Positions 1-10,651 of a DNA stretch of 64,000 bases are shown here, in pieces (within the stretch, counting starts at the first letter, position 1; every line of letters starts with the position of its first letter). The notes beneath the pieces were generated by a model. That model did no database searches, was not told the DNA's origin, and was given only the letters and a program-made list of their open reading frames with translations. The stretch is from Cellvibrionales bacterium UBA7375. GTDB taxonomy: Bacteria; Pseudomonadota; Gammaproteobacteria; Pseudomonadales; Porticoccaceae. The position numbers and the translations under genes were made by a program. Location: NCBI GenBank assembly GCA_949487135.1, contig CATAJQ010000029.1:51256-115255 (forward strand), read 5' to 3'.

Positions 1-1919
1 TTGCAGAAGTTACGATAGCCTTCAAGGCGTTTCATATCCCAATTAATATCGCGACCGGTAGAGGCTAGGGCACACAATGTAAAGCGTAGCGCATCAGTAC
101 CATGGGGTTCGATGCCCTCCCTAAACTCTTTTCGGGTGCGTTTGGCAATTTTTTCAGCCTGCTGAGGCTGCATCATATTGCCAGTGCGCTTTTCAACCAG
201 ATCTTCAATATCGATGCCATCAATCATATCCAGAGGGTCTAAAACATTACCTTTGGATTTAGACATTTTTTGACCCTGCTCATCGCGGATCAAACCGGTC
301 ACATACACCGTATGGAAGGGCACCTGAGGTTTACCATCTTCATCTTTAATTAGATGCATCGACATCATAATCATCCGTGCTACCCAGAAGAAAATAATAT
401 CGAATCCAGTGACCAGAACATCGGTAGGGTGAAAGTTTTTTAGGCGCTCAGTTTGCTCCGGCCAACCCTGTGTGCCAAAAGTCCATAGAGCAGACGAAAA
501 CCAAGTATCCAGTACATCATTATCTTGGGTGAGCACTGCATCACCTAAATAATGTTTTTTTCTAACCGCTTCTTCACTGTTGCCAACATAGGCATTACCG
601 GCTTGGTCATACCAAGCGGGAATACGATGACCCCACCACAGTTGACGAGAAATACACCAGTCTTGAATATTGCGCATCCAAGAAAAGTACATATTTTCGT
701 ATTGCTGAGGCACAAACTTAATTTGCCCATCCTCAACCGCTGATACGGCTGGCCCCGCTAGCTTCTTAGCATCCACATACCACTGGTTGGTTAGCATAGG
801 CTCGATAACTACACCGCCACGATCACCATAGGGTACAGTCATATCGTTTTCTTCAATCGATTGTAGAAGCTCCAAGGCTTCCATATCAGCCACAATTTCA
901 CGGCGGGCAGCAAAGCGCTCCATGCCCTGATATTTTTCTGGCAAGCTATCATCCATCTGGCTATTTTGACTGCCATCAGAATTGACACATTCAGCAGTAT
1001 TGCGAATATCGCCCTTAAACGTCAGGATATTAATCATGGGTAAGCTGTGACGCTGACCCACCTCATAATCGTTAAAATCGTGAGCCGGGGTAATTTTTAC
1101 GCAACCCGTTCCTTTGTCCATATCCGCATGTTCATCGCCGACAATAGGGATCAATCGACCCACTAATGGCAGTTCTACATGCTTGCCAATTAAATCTTTG
1201 TAACGAGGGTCCTCAGGGTTTACCGCAACGCCGGTATCGCCGAGCATAGTTTCCGGTCTAGTGGTTGCCACCACAATATAGTCTTTGCTGTCTGAGGTCT
1301 TATCGCCATTGGCAAGCGGATAGCGCAAATGCCACATCTTGCCCTTGGTTTCACGGTTTTCAACTTCCAAATCTGAAATAGCAGTATTGAGCTTAGGATC
1401 CCAATTAACCAGGCGCTTACCACGGTAAATAAGACCCTCGTGATACAAGCGGATAAATACTTCTTGCACTGCACCCGAAAAGCCCTCATCCATCGTAAAG
1501 CGTTCGGTATCCCAATCCACCGAGTTGCCCAAGCGACGCATCTGCTGAGTAATGGTGCCACCGGATTGCTCCTTCCACTCCCAGATTTTTTCAACAAATT
1601 TATCGCGACCTAGCTCTTCTTTACCCGGTTGGTCTTCTGCCGCTAATTTACGCTCTACCACCATCTGCGTTGCAATACCCGCATGGTCGGTACCCACTTG
1701 CCACAGCGTATTTTTACCCTGCATGCGCTGATAGCGAGTAAGCGCATCCATAATGCTGTGTTGCAAGGCATGACCAATATGCAGGCTACCGGTAACATTG
1801 GGTGGCGGGATTACAATACTGTAAGGCTCACCTTCACCGCTAGGGGCGAAATAACCACTGTCTTCCCAAGTTTTATACCACTTGTCTTCAATATCTTGGG
1901 GGGCAAATGTTTTATCCAT
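1..1919 (-). CDS. valS: Valine--tRNA ligase, 5' part; runs off the left edge of the window and is missing from the ORF track
   Basis: Manual translation from ATG at 1919 ([11 protein letters not shown]...) stays open to position 1. It contains [13 protein letters not shown] (HIGH), [15 protein letters not shown] and KMSKS, and lies in the canonical position after holC. Confidence 0.97.
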   Translation of the reverse strand, partial: MDKTFAPQDIEDKWYKTWEDSGYFAPSGEGEPYSIVIPPPNVTGSLHIGHALQHSIMDALTRYQRMQGKNTLWQVGTDHAGIATQMVVERKLAAEDQPGKEELGRDKFVEKIWEWKEQSGGTITQQMRRLGNSVDWDTERFTMDEGFSGAVQEVFIRLYHEGLIYRGKRLVNWDPKLNTAISDLEVENRETKGKMWHLRYPLANGDKTSDSKDYIVVATTRPETMLGDTGVAVNPEDPRYKDLIGKHVELPLVGRLIPIVGDEHADMDKGTGCVKITPAHDFNDYEVGQRHSLPMINILTFKGDIRNTAECVNSDGSQNSQMDDSLPEKYQGMERFAARREIVADMEALELLQSIEENDMTVPYGDRGGVVIEPMLTNQWYVDAKKLAGPAVSAVEDGQIKFVPQQYENMYFSWMRNIQDWCISRQLWWGHRIPAWYDQAGNAYVGNSEEAVRKKHYLGDAVLTQDNDVLDTWFSSALWTFGTQGWPEQTERLKNFHPTDVLVTGFDIIFFWVARMIMMSMHLIKDEDGKPQVPFHTVYVTGLIRDEQGQKMSKSKGNVLDPLDMIDGIDIEDLVEKRTGNMMQPQQAEKIAKRTRKEFREGIEPHGTDALRFTLCALASTGRDINWDMKRLEGYRNFC

Positions 1920-2047
1920 TACTTATCTCAGTTAATTTGTAAATTGTGGTTATTTTATGACCGGCAATTATAAGTGTATGGACCACGTGGGGCTAGTCCA
2001 TTCGCTTGATTAAATAGTGTTAATGTACTTAAAGTTTTATTTTTTAT

Positions 2048-2482
2048 TTACGAAAAGTTATTAGTCAAATCATGAAAATCTAGGGCATAACCGCGCTCTT
2101 TATAAAAGCGAAAGTTGTCGCGCTTAACCTGCTCATGCTCTGATTCGGGTTGCACTAGTTCAATCACTCGTTCAAAGCGACTAAACCATGTGGGGATTAC
2201 CCCCTGTAAATTGATCAAAATTTGATGATGTTCGCCGGGTTCTGCCACTGCACTTATGGCTACTGGCTGCTTATCAATACCAATACCGTGGGGAATAAAG
2301 GCCTCTGGTTGAAACTCCCACAACAGTTGATCGAGTTGTTCTGCGGTTTGATCGTCGTCGACTAAACACAGCACTTGTTGCTGGGCGGCACAGGCTTTTT
2401 TAATCAGCTGGCAGACAAATTTTAGCGTGGGAGCAGTATTGGCGAGTTTGTAAAATGTAACCTTAGTCACTGGTTGATTCAC
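2048..2482 (-). CDS. holC: DNA polymerase III chi subunit
   Basis: VTFYKL...LDQLLWEFQPEAFIPH and RDNFRFYKERGY motifs; lies between pepA and valS. Confidence 0.93.
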   Translation of the reverse strand: MNQPVTKVTFYKLANTAPTLKFVCQLIKKACAAQQQVLCLVDDDQTAEQLDQLLWEFQPEAFIPHGIGIDKQPVAISAVAEPGEHHQILINLQGVIPTWFSRFERVIELVQPESEHEQVKRDNFRFYKERGYALDFHDLTNNFS

Positions 2483-3938
2483 TTTTCTGACGCAGGTATT
2501 CCATTAATAGCGGAACGGGTCGCCCTGTGGCGCCTTTATTGCCGCCAGAGACCCATGCGGTGCCAGCAACATCTAGGTGAGCCCATTTATAGTCTTTGGC
2601 GTAGCGTGCAAGAAAACAGCCGGCGGTAATGGTTCCGGCTTGCGGTCCGCCAATATTTGCCATATCGGCAAAATTACTTTTTAGTAGCTCGTCGTATTCT
2701 TCCCAGAGGGGGAGTTGCCACACGGGATCGGCGCTTTGTGTGCCGCTTTCGATCAGATCGTTGGCAAGCTGTTGATCATTAGATAAAACACCCGAGGCCA
2801 CCTTGCCGAGTGCGCTTATAACCGCACCGGTTAATGTGGCAATATCAATCACCGTATCGGGATTAAATTTTGCCGCATAGGTGAGTGAGTCACACAGAAT
2901 CAAGCGACCTTCGGCGTCGGTATTAAGGATTTCAATGGTTTGTCCCGACATGCTAGTGACGACATCGCCGGGTTTGGTGGCACGGCCATTGGGCATATTT
3001 TCGGTGGCAGGAATAATTCCCACCACATTAATCGGCAATTGCAATTGAGTTAGGCTATTCATAACGCCTAGAACGGATGCGCCGCCGCACATATCGTATT
3101 TCATTTCATCCATGCCGCACCCGGGTTTTAGACTAATGCCACCAGAGTCAAAGGTGACCGCTTTACCTACTAGCACTACCGGTTTTTTATCTGATTCAGC
3201 ACCTCGATAATTGATCACAATAAGCTTGGGTGGTTCATCTGACCCTTCGGCAACCGACAGCAGTGAGTCCATCTTAAGCTTTTGCATATCTGCGCGATCT
3301 AAAATATCCGTTGTGATTGTGGCTTGTTTAAGTGTCTTATCGCCGAGGCTTATGGCTTGGTCGGCTAAATAGCTAGGGGTGCAGATATTAGCTGGCAGGT
3401 TGCCTAATTGGCGGGCAGTATTCATGCCGTCGCCGACCGCCGCACCATAGTTAAGACCGGCTTCGATTGCCTTAGTTGAGTTATCGGCAGTCCAGAATGT
3501 TAGGGATTCAAGATCTGGGGTTTCATCTGTATCCTGTTTTTTGTAGTTATACAGCGAGGTATTGATCGATTGAGCAACGGTAGATGCTTCTGCTTCAATA
3601 TTTTCGCCAATATCGCCACCCACCCAGAGGGCGGTTTTAGATTTAGTTTTATTTAAAGCAGCACAGGTGGCAGTGACTGCTTTTTTAACCTGTCTTTGAT
3701 TAGATAATCCTTCAGTCCCCAAAAGGATTATTCGTTTAATGGCTAACTGGGGGAAGTTTAATACTAGGACTTGGCCTGATTTGCCGCTAAATTCTCCCGA
3801 TGCCAAGACTGAGCTAATAGCATTATTAGCCAGTTGATCAATAGACTCTGCGCTATTTTTTAGTGTTGAGCCGGTGGGCAAAATAAGTGAATCTGCTTTT
3901 AAACCTGACAGTTCGGCGCAAGATGCAGTAAACTTCAT
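2463..3938 (-). CDS. pepA: Leucyl aminopeptidase (M17)
   Basis: GKAVTFDSGGISLK, MKYDMCG and NTDAEGRL signature; divergent from lptF. Confidence 0.96.
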   Translation of the reverse strand: MKFTASCAELSGLKADSLILPTGSTLKNSAESIDQLANNAISSVLASGEFSGKSGQVLVLNFPQLAIKRIILLGTEGLSNQRQVKKAVTATCAALNKTKSKTALWVGGDIGENIEAEASTVAQSINTSLYNYKKQDTDETPDLESLTFWTADNSTKAIEAGLNYGAAVGDGMNTARQLGNLPANICTPSYLADQAISLGDKTLKQATITTDILDRADMQKLKMDSLLSVAEGSDEPPKLIVINYRGAESDKKPVVLVGKAVTFDSGGISLKPGCGMDEMKYDMCGGASVLGVMNSLTQLQLPINVVGIIPATENMPNGRATKPGDVVTSMSGQTIEILNTDAEGRLILCDSLTYAAKFNPDTVIDIATLTGAVISALGKVASGVLSNDQQLANDLIESGTQSADPVWQLPLWEEYDELLKSNFADMANIGGPQAGTITAGCFLARYAKDYKWAHLDVAGTAWVSGGNKGATGRPVPLLMEYLRQKSESTSD

Positions 3939-4031
3939 AAAATATCCATTTGGTAACTAAGTTGAAAGAGAAAATGTTAACAGAACCATACCACTTAGTA
4001 CGATTACACCCAAGAGTTTAAGCTGAATCAC

Positions 4032-5153
4032 GTGATTATTTTTCGTTATTTAAGTCGAGAGCTTTTATCGGTAACCACCGCAGTCTGTGTTGTATTGCTG
4101 ATGGTGCTTATCAGCGGTCGATTTGTAAAATATCTTGCCAATGCTATGTCGGGAAATATGGATCCCGAGGTTATTTTTGCGGTTATTGGTTATCGCATTC
4201 CTGGATTTTTAGAGCTTACCTTACCTTTGGCCTTCTTCTTAGCGGTTCTTCTTACCTTCGGTCGACTGTATGTTGAGAATGAGATGAGCGTGCTAAAAGC
4301 CTGTGGTTTTTCAGAGCGAAAGCTATTGTCCTTCACCTTGATTGTTGCGTCTTTTTTAGCATTGGTTGTTGGTTATCTCAGTTTGTATGTCACACCGAAT
4401 GGCATAAAAAAGGCTGAGGCTATTTTTACCATTCAAGAGCAGAAGAGTGAACTCGATCGGGTTACTGAGAAAAAATTCTATGCACTTCGCGGTGGCAAAG
4501 GGGTGACATGGGTCAATGCTATTTCTGAAGATAGAGAGCTAGAAAATGTGTTTATGTCTGCCACTATAGAGCCAACCGAGTCATCCGAGGGTAGCCTAGT
4601 ATTGGTTATTGCGGATAGCGGCATACAGGCCAAGGCGAGGGATACAGATGAGCGTTATTTATCCCTTAAAAAGGGTTACCGCGTTGAGGGTGTCCCCGGT
4701 AGATATGATTATCAAATTACCTATTTTGATGAGTTTGGTACAAGGTTAGCGCCCCCTGAAGAGCTCTCTGAAGATACGGCCACGGATGCTATGACCACTA
4801 AAGCATTGATGGATTCTGCTGAAATTGAACATCGCATTGCTTTGCAGTGGCGTTTCTCAATACCCATTATGATGTTAGTTGTAACCTTATTAGCCGTGCC
4901 CTTAAGTCGAATTGACCCAAGATCAGGCCGGTTTGCGCGAATCCTGCCGGCGGTATTGTTATATTTTGCCTATCTGGTATCGCTCAATTCTTTACGCGGC
5001 GCTATTGAGGCTGGAAGTTTGCCCATAGGTATAACATTAGTTCCGGTTCATCTGGTGTTTTTAACCCTCGCTTTAGTACTTATTTTTTCTGAAAAAATAC
5101 GCTCCTGTGCAAAGAATTTATTCCCCTTTAATCAGCGGGGTAGTAATTCATGA
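4032..5153 (+). CDS. lptF: LPS export ABC transporter permease LptF
   Basis: MIIFRYLSRE N-terminus, GRLYVENEMSVLKACG and ALQWRFSIP motifs; paired with lptG. Confidence 0.93.
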   Translation: MIIFRYLSRELLSVTTAVCVVLLMVLISGRFVKYLANAMSGNMDPEVIFAVIGYRIPGFLELTLPLAFFLAVLLTFGRLYVENEMSVLKACGFSERKLLSFTLIVASFLALVVGYLSLYVTPNGIKKAEAIFTIQEQKSELDRVTEKKFYALRGGKGVTWVNAISEDRELENVFMSATIEPTESSEGSLVLVIADSGIQAKARDTDERYLSLKKGYRVEGVPGRYDYQITYFDEFGTRLAPPEELSEDTATDAMTTKALMDSAEIEHRIALQWRFSIPIMMLVVTLLAVPLSRIDPRSGRFARILPAVLLYFAYLVSLNSLRGAIEAGSLPIGITLVPVHLVFLTLALVLIFSEKIRSCAKNLFPFNQRGSNS

Positions 5154-6220
5154 GTAAGCGACTGTCGAATTATATTGGCATCAATGTATTGTCTGCTATT
5201 GGTGTTGCACTAACAGCCATAGTGGGTCTGGATGTGGTTGCCGGCATCATCGATCAAATGGGCGATATTAGACGCAATTATCAATTTACTGATGTGTTGA
5301 TCTATACGGCGACTAAATTACCCTCGACTATTTATGAATATATTCCGTTGGCATCATTAATTGGCTGCTTAGTTGGGTTGGGCATGCTGGCCACCAATAG
5401 TGAAGTGGTAGTTATGCGTGCCGCAGGTGTTTCGTTAATGCGTATTGTCTACCTAGTATTTAAGCCTGTAATTGTGTTTATTTTGTTAGCGGCTTTGATT
5501 GGCGAGTATTTTTCACCTTACTTAGATCAATTGGCCGACAGCAAGCGCGAATATTTGCGCAAGGGCGAGACTGCTCTAGATTCTACCTCTGGCTTCTGGG
5601 CTAAAGAGGGCAATGAGTTTATCCACTTTAATGCGGTATTCCCTGGCGGGGTGTTGTTTGGCGTTACCCGTTATAAGTTAAATGAACAGCGTGAGTTAGA
5701 AGAGGCAAGCTTTTCATCAAGGGCAACCTTCAATAAAACCGAAGGCTTTTGGGTTGAAGAAAATGTATCCAGCACATTGTTTGTCGAGCAGCAAACCTAC
5801 ACCCGAAAATGGGTTACGCGAAAATGGCAGACAGAACTAACTCCTGAGGTTTTAGCGTTGAATATTTTACCGGCGAAGTCCCTGTCTGCAGGTTCACTCA
5901 ATAACCATATTGAATTTTTAGAAGAGCGAAAAGCGGACTCGGCAAAATATAGGTTAGCCTTTTGGAGTAAGGTGCTTCAACCTCTGGCAATCTTTAGTTT
6001 GGTGTTGGTGGGAATCGCCTTTGTATTTGGCCCGCTACGTCAGGCAACAGTGGGCTTTAGAGTTTTTGTCGGAGTTCTCTTTGGGATTAGCTTTAAGTTG
6101 CTTTCAGATATTCTAGGGCCTCTGAGTATAGTATTTGAGATACCTCCAATCCTAGCTATTTTAACCCCTATATTCGTCTGTTTTGTTATAGGTTATATAC
6201 TCTTGCGGCGCGCTGGATAA
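5150..6220 (+). CDS. lptG: LPS export ABC transporter permease LptG
   Basis: LATNSEVVVMRAAGVS and FVFGPLR motifs; 4-bp overlap with lptF. Confidence 0.93.
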   Translation: MSKRLSNYIGINVLSAIGVALTAIVGLDVVAGIIDQMGDIRRNYQFTDVLIYTATKLPSTIYEYIPLASLIGCLVGLGMLATNSEVVVMRAAGVSLMRIVYLVFKPVIVFILLAALIGEYFSPYLDQLADSKREYLRKGETALDSTSGFWAKEGNEFIHFNAVFPGGVLFGVTRYKLNEQRELEEASFSSRATFNKTEGFWVEENVSSTLFVEQQTYTRKWVTRKWQTELTPEVLALNILPAKSLSAGSLNNHIEFLEERKADSAKYRLAFWSKVLQPLAIFSLVLVGIAFVFGPLRQATVGFRVFVGVLFGISFKLLSDILGPLSIVFEIPPILAILTPIFVCFVIGYILLRRAG

Positions 6221-6275
6221 GCTGAATAAAAAGCTTTTCTACTTTTTCTGCGGCTCTTGATTTGGGTCTAAGTAT

Positions 6276-6752
6276 TTATTCTTTTTCTAAAACTACCACC
6301 TTAGTATGGGTAAAAATATCATGTGCACAGGATTTTTGTGCTGGCAATAAACAGTAAAAATACCCCAAACCAGCGGCAGTCAATGAAAGAAAAGCCAGAG
6401 GACAGCGCTTTAGGCACTGCTGTTGTGTGGCAAGATTGCCATCGGGTTGTTGCAGTCTAAGTCGCCAAGCTTTCATGCCAAGGGTTTGTCCCTGTTTGCG
6501 CCAACAAATAAAGTAGTAACCCATAAGGCAGGTGATCCAACCGAAAAAGGCCAGCCACTGAAGAAAGTCGTTGGGTTGAACATCTTCAAGCCCCTCGGCG
6601 CCGAAGGCAATCATCTTAATAACAAGAAGAATTGCACCATAGCCAAGAGAAATAGCAAATAGTAGAAATGCATCATAGACCAGTGCGGCAAGTCGTCGAA
6701 AAAGGCCGGCACTGGGTAATTGGTGAAACTCTAAACGCGGTTTAATGGTCAA
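6276..6752 (-). CDS. RDD family membrane protein
   Basis: RRLAALVYD and GQTLGMKAWRLRL motifs; usual neighbour of lptG. Confidence 0.88.
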   Translation of the reverse strand: MTIKPRLEFHQLPSAGLFRRLAALVYDAFLLFAISLGYGAILLVIKMIAFGAEGLEDVQPNDFLQWLAFFGWITCLMGYYFICWRKQGQTLGMKAWRLRLQQPDGNLATQQQCLKRCPLAFLSLTAAGLGYFYCLLPAQKSCAHDIFTHTKVVVLEKE

Positions 6753-6857
6753 TCTCCAAATTCAGCATCAGATTAATAGCAGGATTCTGCACAAAGCCAG
6801 TACAATGTGCAATTGATAATATAATGTCTCAACAAAAAGTACTCTAGGAGAGCTAAC

Positions 6858-7586
6858 TTGGATTGGATTTTTGGTATTCACGCAGTGCAGTCGATTCTTA
6901 AGACATCGCCAGAACGAGTCAAAGAGCTTAGGGTTGTTAGGGCGCGTCAAGATGCACGACTACAAAAGTTGCTCAATTTAGCCGATCAACATGGCGTAGC
7001 TATTCAGTGGTCAACTGCACAGAATTTAGATTCTTTGGTTGATGGTCGTCACCAGGGGGTGGCGGCGCTGTGTAAAGAGGGTGAAACCTACAATGAAAAT
7101 TATCTAGCAAAACTGGTTGAACAGCAAGGCCCTCAAGGCTTCTTTTTGATGCTCGACGGTGTTACTGATCCCCACAACTTAGGCGCCTGCTTGCGTTCGG
7201 CTGAAGGTGCTGGGGTTCAAGCGGTTATCGTGCCCAAAGATAACTCAGTAGGTTTAACCGCAGTGGTTTCCAAGGTTGCTTCTGGTGCTGCCGAGACAAT
7301 TCCTCTGGTAGTCGTGACAAACTTGGCCAGAACCCTAAAAGCTCTTCAGGCAAGAGGGGTATGGGCGGTAGGCACTACTGGCGAGGCTCAACAGACTATT
7401 TATGATGTCGATCTTACCGGGCCCATTGTTATGGTCATGGGTTCTGAGGGAACAGGCATGCGGCAATTAGTGACTAATCAATGTGATTTTCTGGCTAAGT
7501 TACCTATGGCAGGAAAGGTCAGTAGTCTCAATGTGTCTGTTGCCGCTGGGGTTTGCTTGTTTGAGGCAGTAAGACAGCGCAGCTAG
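6858..7586 (+). CDS. rlmB: 23S rRNA (Gm2251) 2'-O-methyltransferase, SPOUT family
   Basis: LDGVTDPHNLGACLRSA, MGSEGTG and SLNVSVAAG motifs; TTG start with an AGGAG Shine-Dalgarno (SD). Confidence 0.93.
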   Translation: MDWIFGIHAVQSILKTSPERVKELRVVRARQDARLQKLLNLADQHGVAIQWSTAQNLDSLVDGRHQGVAALCKEGETYNENYLAKLVEQQGPQGFFLMLDGVTDPHNLGACLRSAEGAGVQAVIVPKDNSVGLTAVVSKVASGAAETIPLVVVTNLARTLKALQARGVWAVGTTGEAQQTIYDVDLTGPIVMVMGSEGTGMRQLVTNQCDFLAKLPMAGKVSSLNVSVAAGVCLFEAVRQRS

Positions 7587-7635
7587 AGTATTTATTCTTG
7601 GCCTGATTAGGACTAGAATTGTTGTACTGGTTCTA

Positions 7636-8235
7636 ATGGGTCAACATGCGATGCCTGTGGATAAAAATATATACTCTATACCCAATTTGTTAAGCCTACT
7701 AAGGCTGGCATTAGTGCCGGTGCTAGCAGTTGCGGCTTGCCTGAATGAAGCTAAACTCTTCTTGTTGTTACTTGGTATTTCCTTAGTAAGCGATATGCTT
7801 GATGGTTATTTCGCCAGAAAGTTACATCAGGTTACAGAGTTTGGTGCGCGCTTGGACAGCTGGGCAGATATGGCGACCTATGCAATGATGATATTGGGGC
7901 TAAACCTGATATGGCCCGTTATTTTTGAACAGCAATTGATCTATCTTGTAGCTGCTACCCTAAGCTATATTTTACCTGTGATAGTAGCTCTGATCCGCTT
8001 TTCTAGCTTTCCTAGCTACCATACTTGGGGCGCAAAATTGGCCGCTGTGTTGATCGCACCCGCCTTTTATTTGTTAATTCTTTACGATGAGCAAGCATTC
8101 TTTAGGTTGGTAATTATCTTCCATGTTGTGGTTGCCGTGGAGGAGATTGCTATTACCTTTATGCTAAAACAGCCTAGGACAAATGTAGCATCAATCCTAA
8201 CAATTCTTAGTTCCTCAGATCATAAGTCTTCCTAG
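7636..8235 (+). CDS. CDP-alcohol phosphatidyltransferase family protein (PgsA-like)
   Basis: IPNLLSLLR and the family motif DxxDGxxAR-x7-GxxxDxxxD (DMLDGYFARKLHQVTEFGARLDSWAD). Confidence 0.85.
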   Translation: MGQHAMPVDKNIYSIPNLLSLLRLALVPVLAVAACLNEAKLFLLLLGISLVSDMLDGYFARKLHQVTEFGARLDSWADMATYAMMILGLNLIWPVIFEQQLIYLVAATLSYILPVIVALIRFSSFPSYHTWGAKLAAVLIAPAFYLLILYDEQAFFRLVIIFHVVVAVEEIAITFMLKQPRTNVASILTILSSSDHKSS

Positions 8236-8260
8236 CAACCACCAGACCACAATCTTGGTG

Positions 8261-8289
8261 TTGCAACCTGGGCGGCAAATCTCTATAAT
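8261..8289 (+). promoter_or_regulatory. Sigma70 promoter of the rpsF operon
   Basis: TTGCAA (8261-8266), 17-bp spacer, TATAAT (8284-8289). Confidence 0.8.
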
Positions 8290-8334
8290 CGCGCGGCTTG
8301 AAGGGTCTGAGCAGCTAAAATTTATTTATCTCAG

Positions 8335-8403
8335 GCACTCCTTGTCTCACTGCATCATCAGGTTGGTGTTGGCGGGAGACTTTTTAATCCATGAGGAGAT
8401 ACA
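8335..8403 (+). promoter_or_regulatory. S6:S18 ribosomal protein leader (rpsF leader RNA)
   Basis: GCACTCCTTGTCTC...GAGAC hairpin followed by AATCCATGAGGAG. CTCCT can pair with the AGGAG SD and a CCR triplet sits next to the SD, matching the known S6:S18 leader architecture. Confidence 0.7.
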
Positions 8404-8904
8404 ATGCGTCATTACGAAATAGTGTTTCTGGTCCACCCAGATCAGAGCGAGCAAGTTGCCAGTATGGTAGAGAGATACACCTCTGCTATCGAAGCTGGAA
8501 AAGGTTCAGTTCACCGTCTAGAAGACTGGGGACGTCGTCAACTAGCTTACCCAATCAATAAAATTCACAAAGCACATTATGTTCTTATGAACGTAGAGTG
8601 TGATCAAGATATCCTTGATGAGTTAAATTCTTCTTTCAGATACAACGATGCTGTGCTTAGAAGCATGGTTATTCGTCGCGACGAAGCTATTACTGCAGAC
8701 TCGCCTATCATGAAACAAGAAAATGCTGAGAAAGCTGATAAAGAAGCGCGCGAGCGTCAAAAGGCGGCCAAAGCTAAAGAATCAGCAGACAAAGCAGAAG
8801 CGGCAGCTAAGGCTGAAGCAGTAGCGAAAGAGGCTCCTGCAGAGGAAGCTCCAGTAGAAGAAGCTCCAGCAGAAGAAGCCCCAGCAGCGGAAGGAGAAGA
8901 ATAA
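8404..8904 (+). CDS. rpsF: 30S ribosomal protein S6 with a long Ala/Glu-rich tail
   Basis: [18 protein letters not shown] and [10 protein letters not shown] motifs. Confidence 0.98.
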   Translation: MRHYEIVFLVHPDQSEQVASMVERYTSAIEAGKGSVHRLEDWGRRQLAYPINKIHKAHYVLMNVECDQDILDELNSSFRYNDAVLRSMVIRRDEAITADSPIMKQENAEKADKEARERQKAAKAKESADKAEAAAKAEAVAKEAPAEEAPVEEAPAEEAPAAEGEE

Positions 8905-9131
8905 TGGCTAGATTTGTGCGTAGAAGAAAATTCTGTCGTTTTAGTGCCGAGGGTGCTACTGAGATTGATTATAAAGATCTCGATACTCTAAAGGGCTACG
9001 TATCAGAAACAGGAAAAATTGTACCTAGCAGAATTACTGGTACAAAAGCACGTTATCAGCGTGAGTTGTCAGAAGCTATTAAGCGTGCGCGCTATATAGC
9101 TCTATTGCCTTACACTGATAGCCATAGCTAA
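8904..9131 (+). CDS. rpsR: 30S ribosomal protein S18
   Basis: RRRKFCRF...[11 protein letters not shown]...ALLPY. Confidence 0.98.
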   Translation: MARFVRRRKFCRFSAEGATEIDYKDLDTLKGYVSETGKIVPSRITGTKARYQRELSEAIKRARYIALLPYTDSHS

Positions 9132-9146
9132 GATTGGTAAAATAGC

Positions 9147-10016
9147 TTGAAGGCCCTAGCTGAATTTATATTGCGCGGGCGATTGCAGGCTTTAATGGTG
9201 GCGTTAATTGGGAGTTTTTTCCCATTAATTAGCACAGCTGCAATTGCATTGGTTTCCCTGTGTAAGGGCGCCAAAGAAGGAACGCTGTTGTTTCTTTGGG
9301 TGTCACTAGCACTGGTTTTGCTTCAGCAATCTGGAACAGAAAACCCTCTGCTAACGGCTGTTTCTATTGTATCCCTGGGGATAATGGTATTAGCAGCAGA
9401 AGTGCACAGAGTTATGGCTTCATGGCAATGGACGCTGTTAGTAATAGTTGTAATAGCTGTTGTCAGTGCCCAAGGCTTCGCGATACTGATGGGGGCATCG
9501 GTAACTAGCTTAGTTGCTACGGCACAGGACGTGCTAAACGCGGTTAAAAGCCAAGGCCAAGATGCTCAGTTAAGTATTGCGCTTTCTGAGTCTATGTTAC
9601 TGGGACTAGTCGCTACAATTTTAGCCATTGGTTCAATGATGAGTTTGATGCTAGCACGATGGTGGCAGGCTGGGGTTCAAAACCCTGGGGGGTTTCAAAA
9701 GGAATTCCATGGTTTTTCCATCGATGCGAAGATTGCTGTGATATTGATTGTGATCTTGGTAGTAGGGCAGTTTTTTTCGCAAAGCACCCAAATATGGGTA
9801 AATATAGCAGCGTTGCCTTTAATTATCGCTGGAATCGCTTTAGTGCATTTTGCGGTTAAGCTATTTGGTCAAGGCAGGCAATGGTTGGCATTTTTATATG
9901 TCGGAATGATAATGGTGGGAAAGCCAGTTACACTTTTACTAGTGGTATTGGCTTTAACAGACAGTTTAATTGATTTACGCTCGAGATTAGAAGGCTTTAA
10001 GAAGGCCAAAACTTGA
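9147..10016 (+). CDS. Conserved membrane protein (YybS/DUF2232-like)
   Basis: [15 protein letters not shown] start, multiple TM segments, ARWWQA...[10 protein letters not shown] motif; conserved slot between rpsR and rplI in Pseudomonas-like genomes. Confidence 0.75.
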   Translation: MKALAEFILRGRLQALMVALIGSFFPLISTAAIALVSLCKGAKEGTLLFLWVSLALVLLQQSGTENPLLTAVSIVSLGIMVLAAEVHRVMASWQWTLLVIVVIAVVSAQGFAILMGASVTSLVATAQDVLNAVKSQGQDAQLSIALSESMLLGLVATILAIGSMMSLMLARWWQAGVQNPGGFQKEFHGFSIDAKIAVILIVILVVGQFFSQSTQIWVNIAALPLIIAGIALVHFAVKLFGQGRQWLAFLYVGMIMVGKPVTLLLVVLALTDSLIDLRSRLEGFKKAKT

Positions 10017-10044
10017 GTTATTAATAGATAAAGAGGTGCAAGAG

Positions 10045-10494
10045 ATGGAAGTTATTCTATTGGAAAAAATAGGTAAGTTGGGAAATATTGGCGATGTAGC
10101 TAATGTTAAAGCTGGCTATGGCCGCAACTACCTCATACCTCAGGGTAAGGCGTTGTTTGCTACTAAAGCCAATCGCGAAGAGTTTGAAACTCGTCGTGCT
10201 GATTTAGAAGCTGCAGCTGCCAATAAAATGGAAAAAGCACAAATTCGAGCTAATAAGTTAGCTGAAATTGAAACTGTTACTATCGCGGCAAATGCTGGCG
10301 ATGAGGGCAAGCTATTTGGTTCTGTTGGAACCCGTGAGATTGAAGAAGCGGTGAACAACGCCGGTGGTGAGATTTCGAAAAGTGAAATCAATATGCCTGA
10401 GGGTGCTATTCGCAATATTGGCGAATTTACCGTTGAGATTCAGTTACACACAGATGTAACACAGTCAATTACGGTTGTTGTTGAGGCTGAATAA
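10045..10494 (+). CDS. rplI: 50S ribosomal protein L9
   Basis: [13 protein letters not shown]...[14 protein letters not shown] and [12 protein letters not shown] at 10045 is preferred over GTG at 10036 because the GAGG SD lies 8 nt upstream. Confidence 0.98.
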   Translation: MEVILLEKIGKLGNIGDVANVKAGYGRNYLIPQGKALFATKANREEFETRRADLEAAAANKMEKAQIRANKLAEIETVTIAANAGDEGKLFGSVGTREIEEAVNNAGGEISKSEINMPEGAIRNIGEFTVEIQLHTDVTQSITVVVEAE

Positions 10495-10526
10495 CCCTTT
10501 TTCAGACCTACAAAGCAAATATCGAA

Positions 10527-10570
10527 GCGGCATTGATTCACAAAAGAGTCAATGCCGTTTTAGTTTTTGA
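10527..10570 (+). terminator. Rho-independent terminator after rplI
   Basis: CGGCATTGATTC-acaaaa-GAGTCAATGCCG stem followed by a T-rich run. Confidence 0.75.
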
Positions 10571-10651
10571 AAAATATTTTCAATTCACTGTGTTAATTTA
10601 TCTTCTAGTCGCTCTATAATCTACTTCTAAAATTTAAAAATATCATAACCT

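Noticed and set aside
545-1973. ORF-track entries 545..736, 552..743, 1220..1597 and 1683..1973
   Set aside because: They are shadow or alternate-frame ORFs over valS, whose true frame is open from 1919 to the window edge. The same applies to the many short ORFs nested within the other housekeeping genes.
7656-7664. Perfect DnaA box (TGTGGATAA)
   Set aside because: It is a single copy inside a coding region with no cluster or oriC context; expected by chance.
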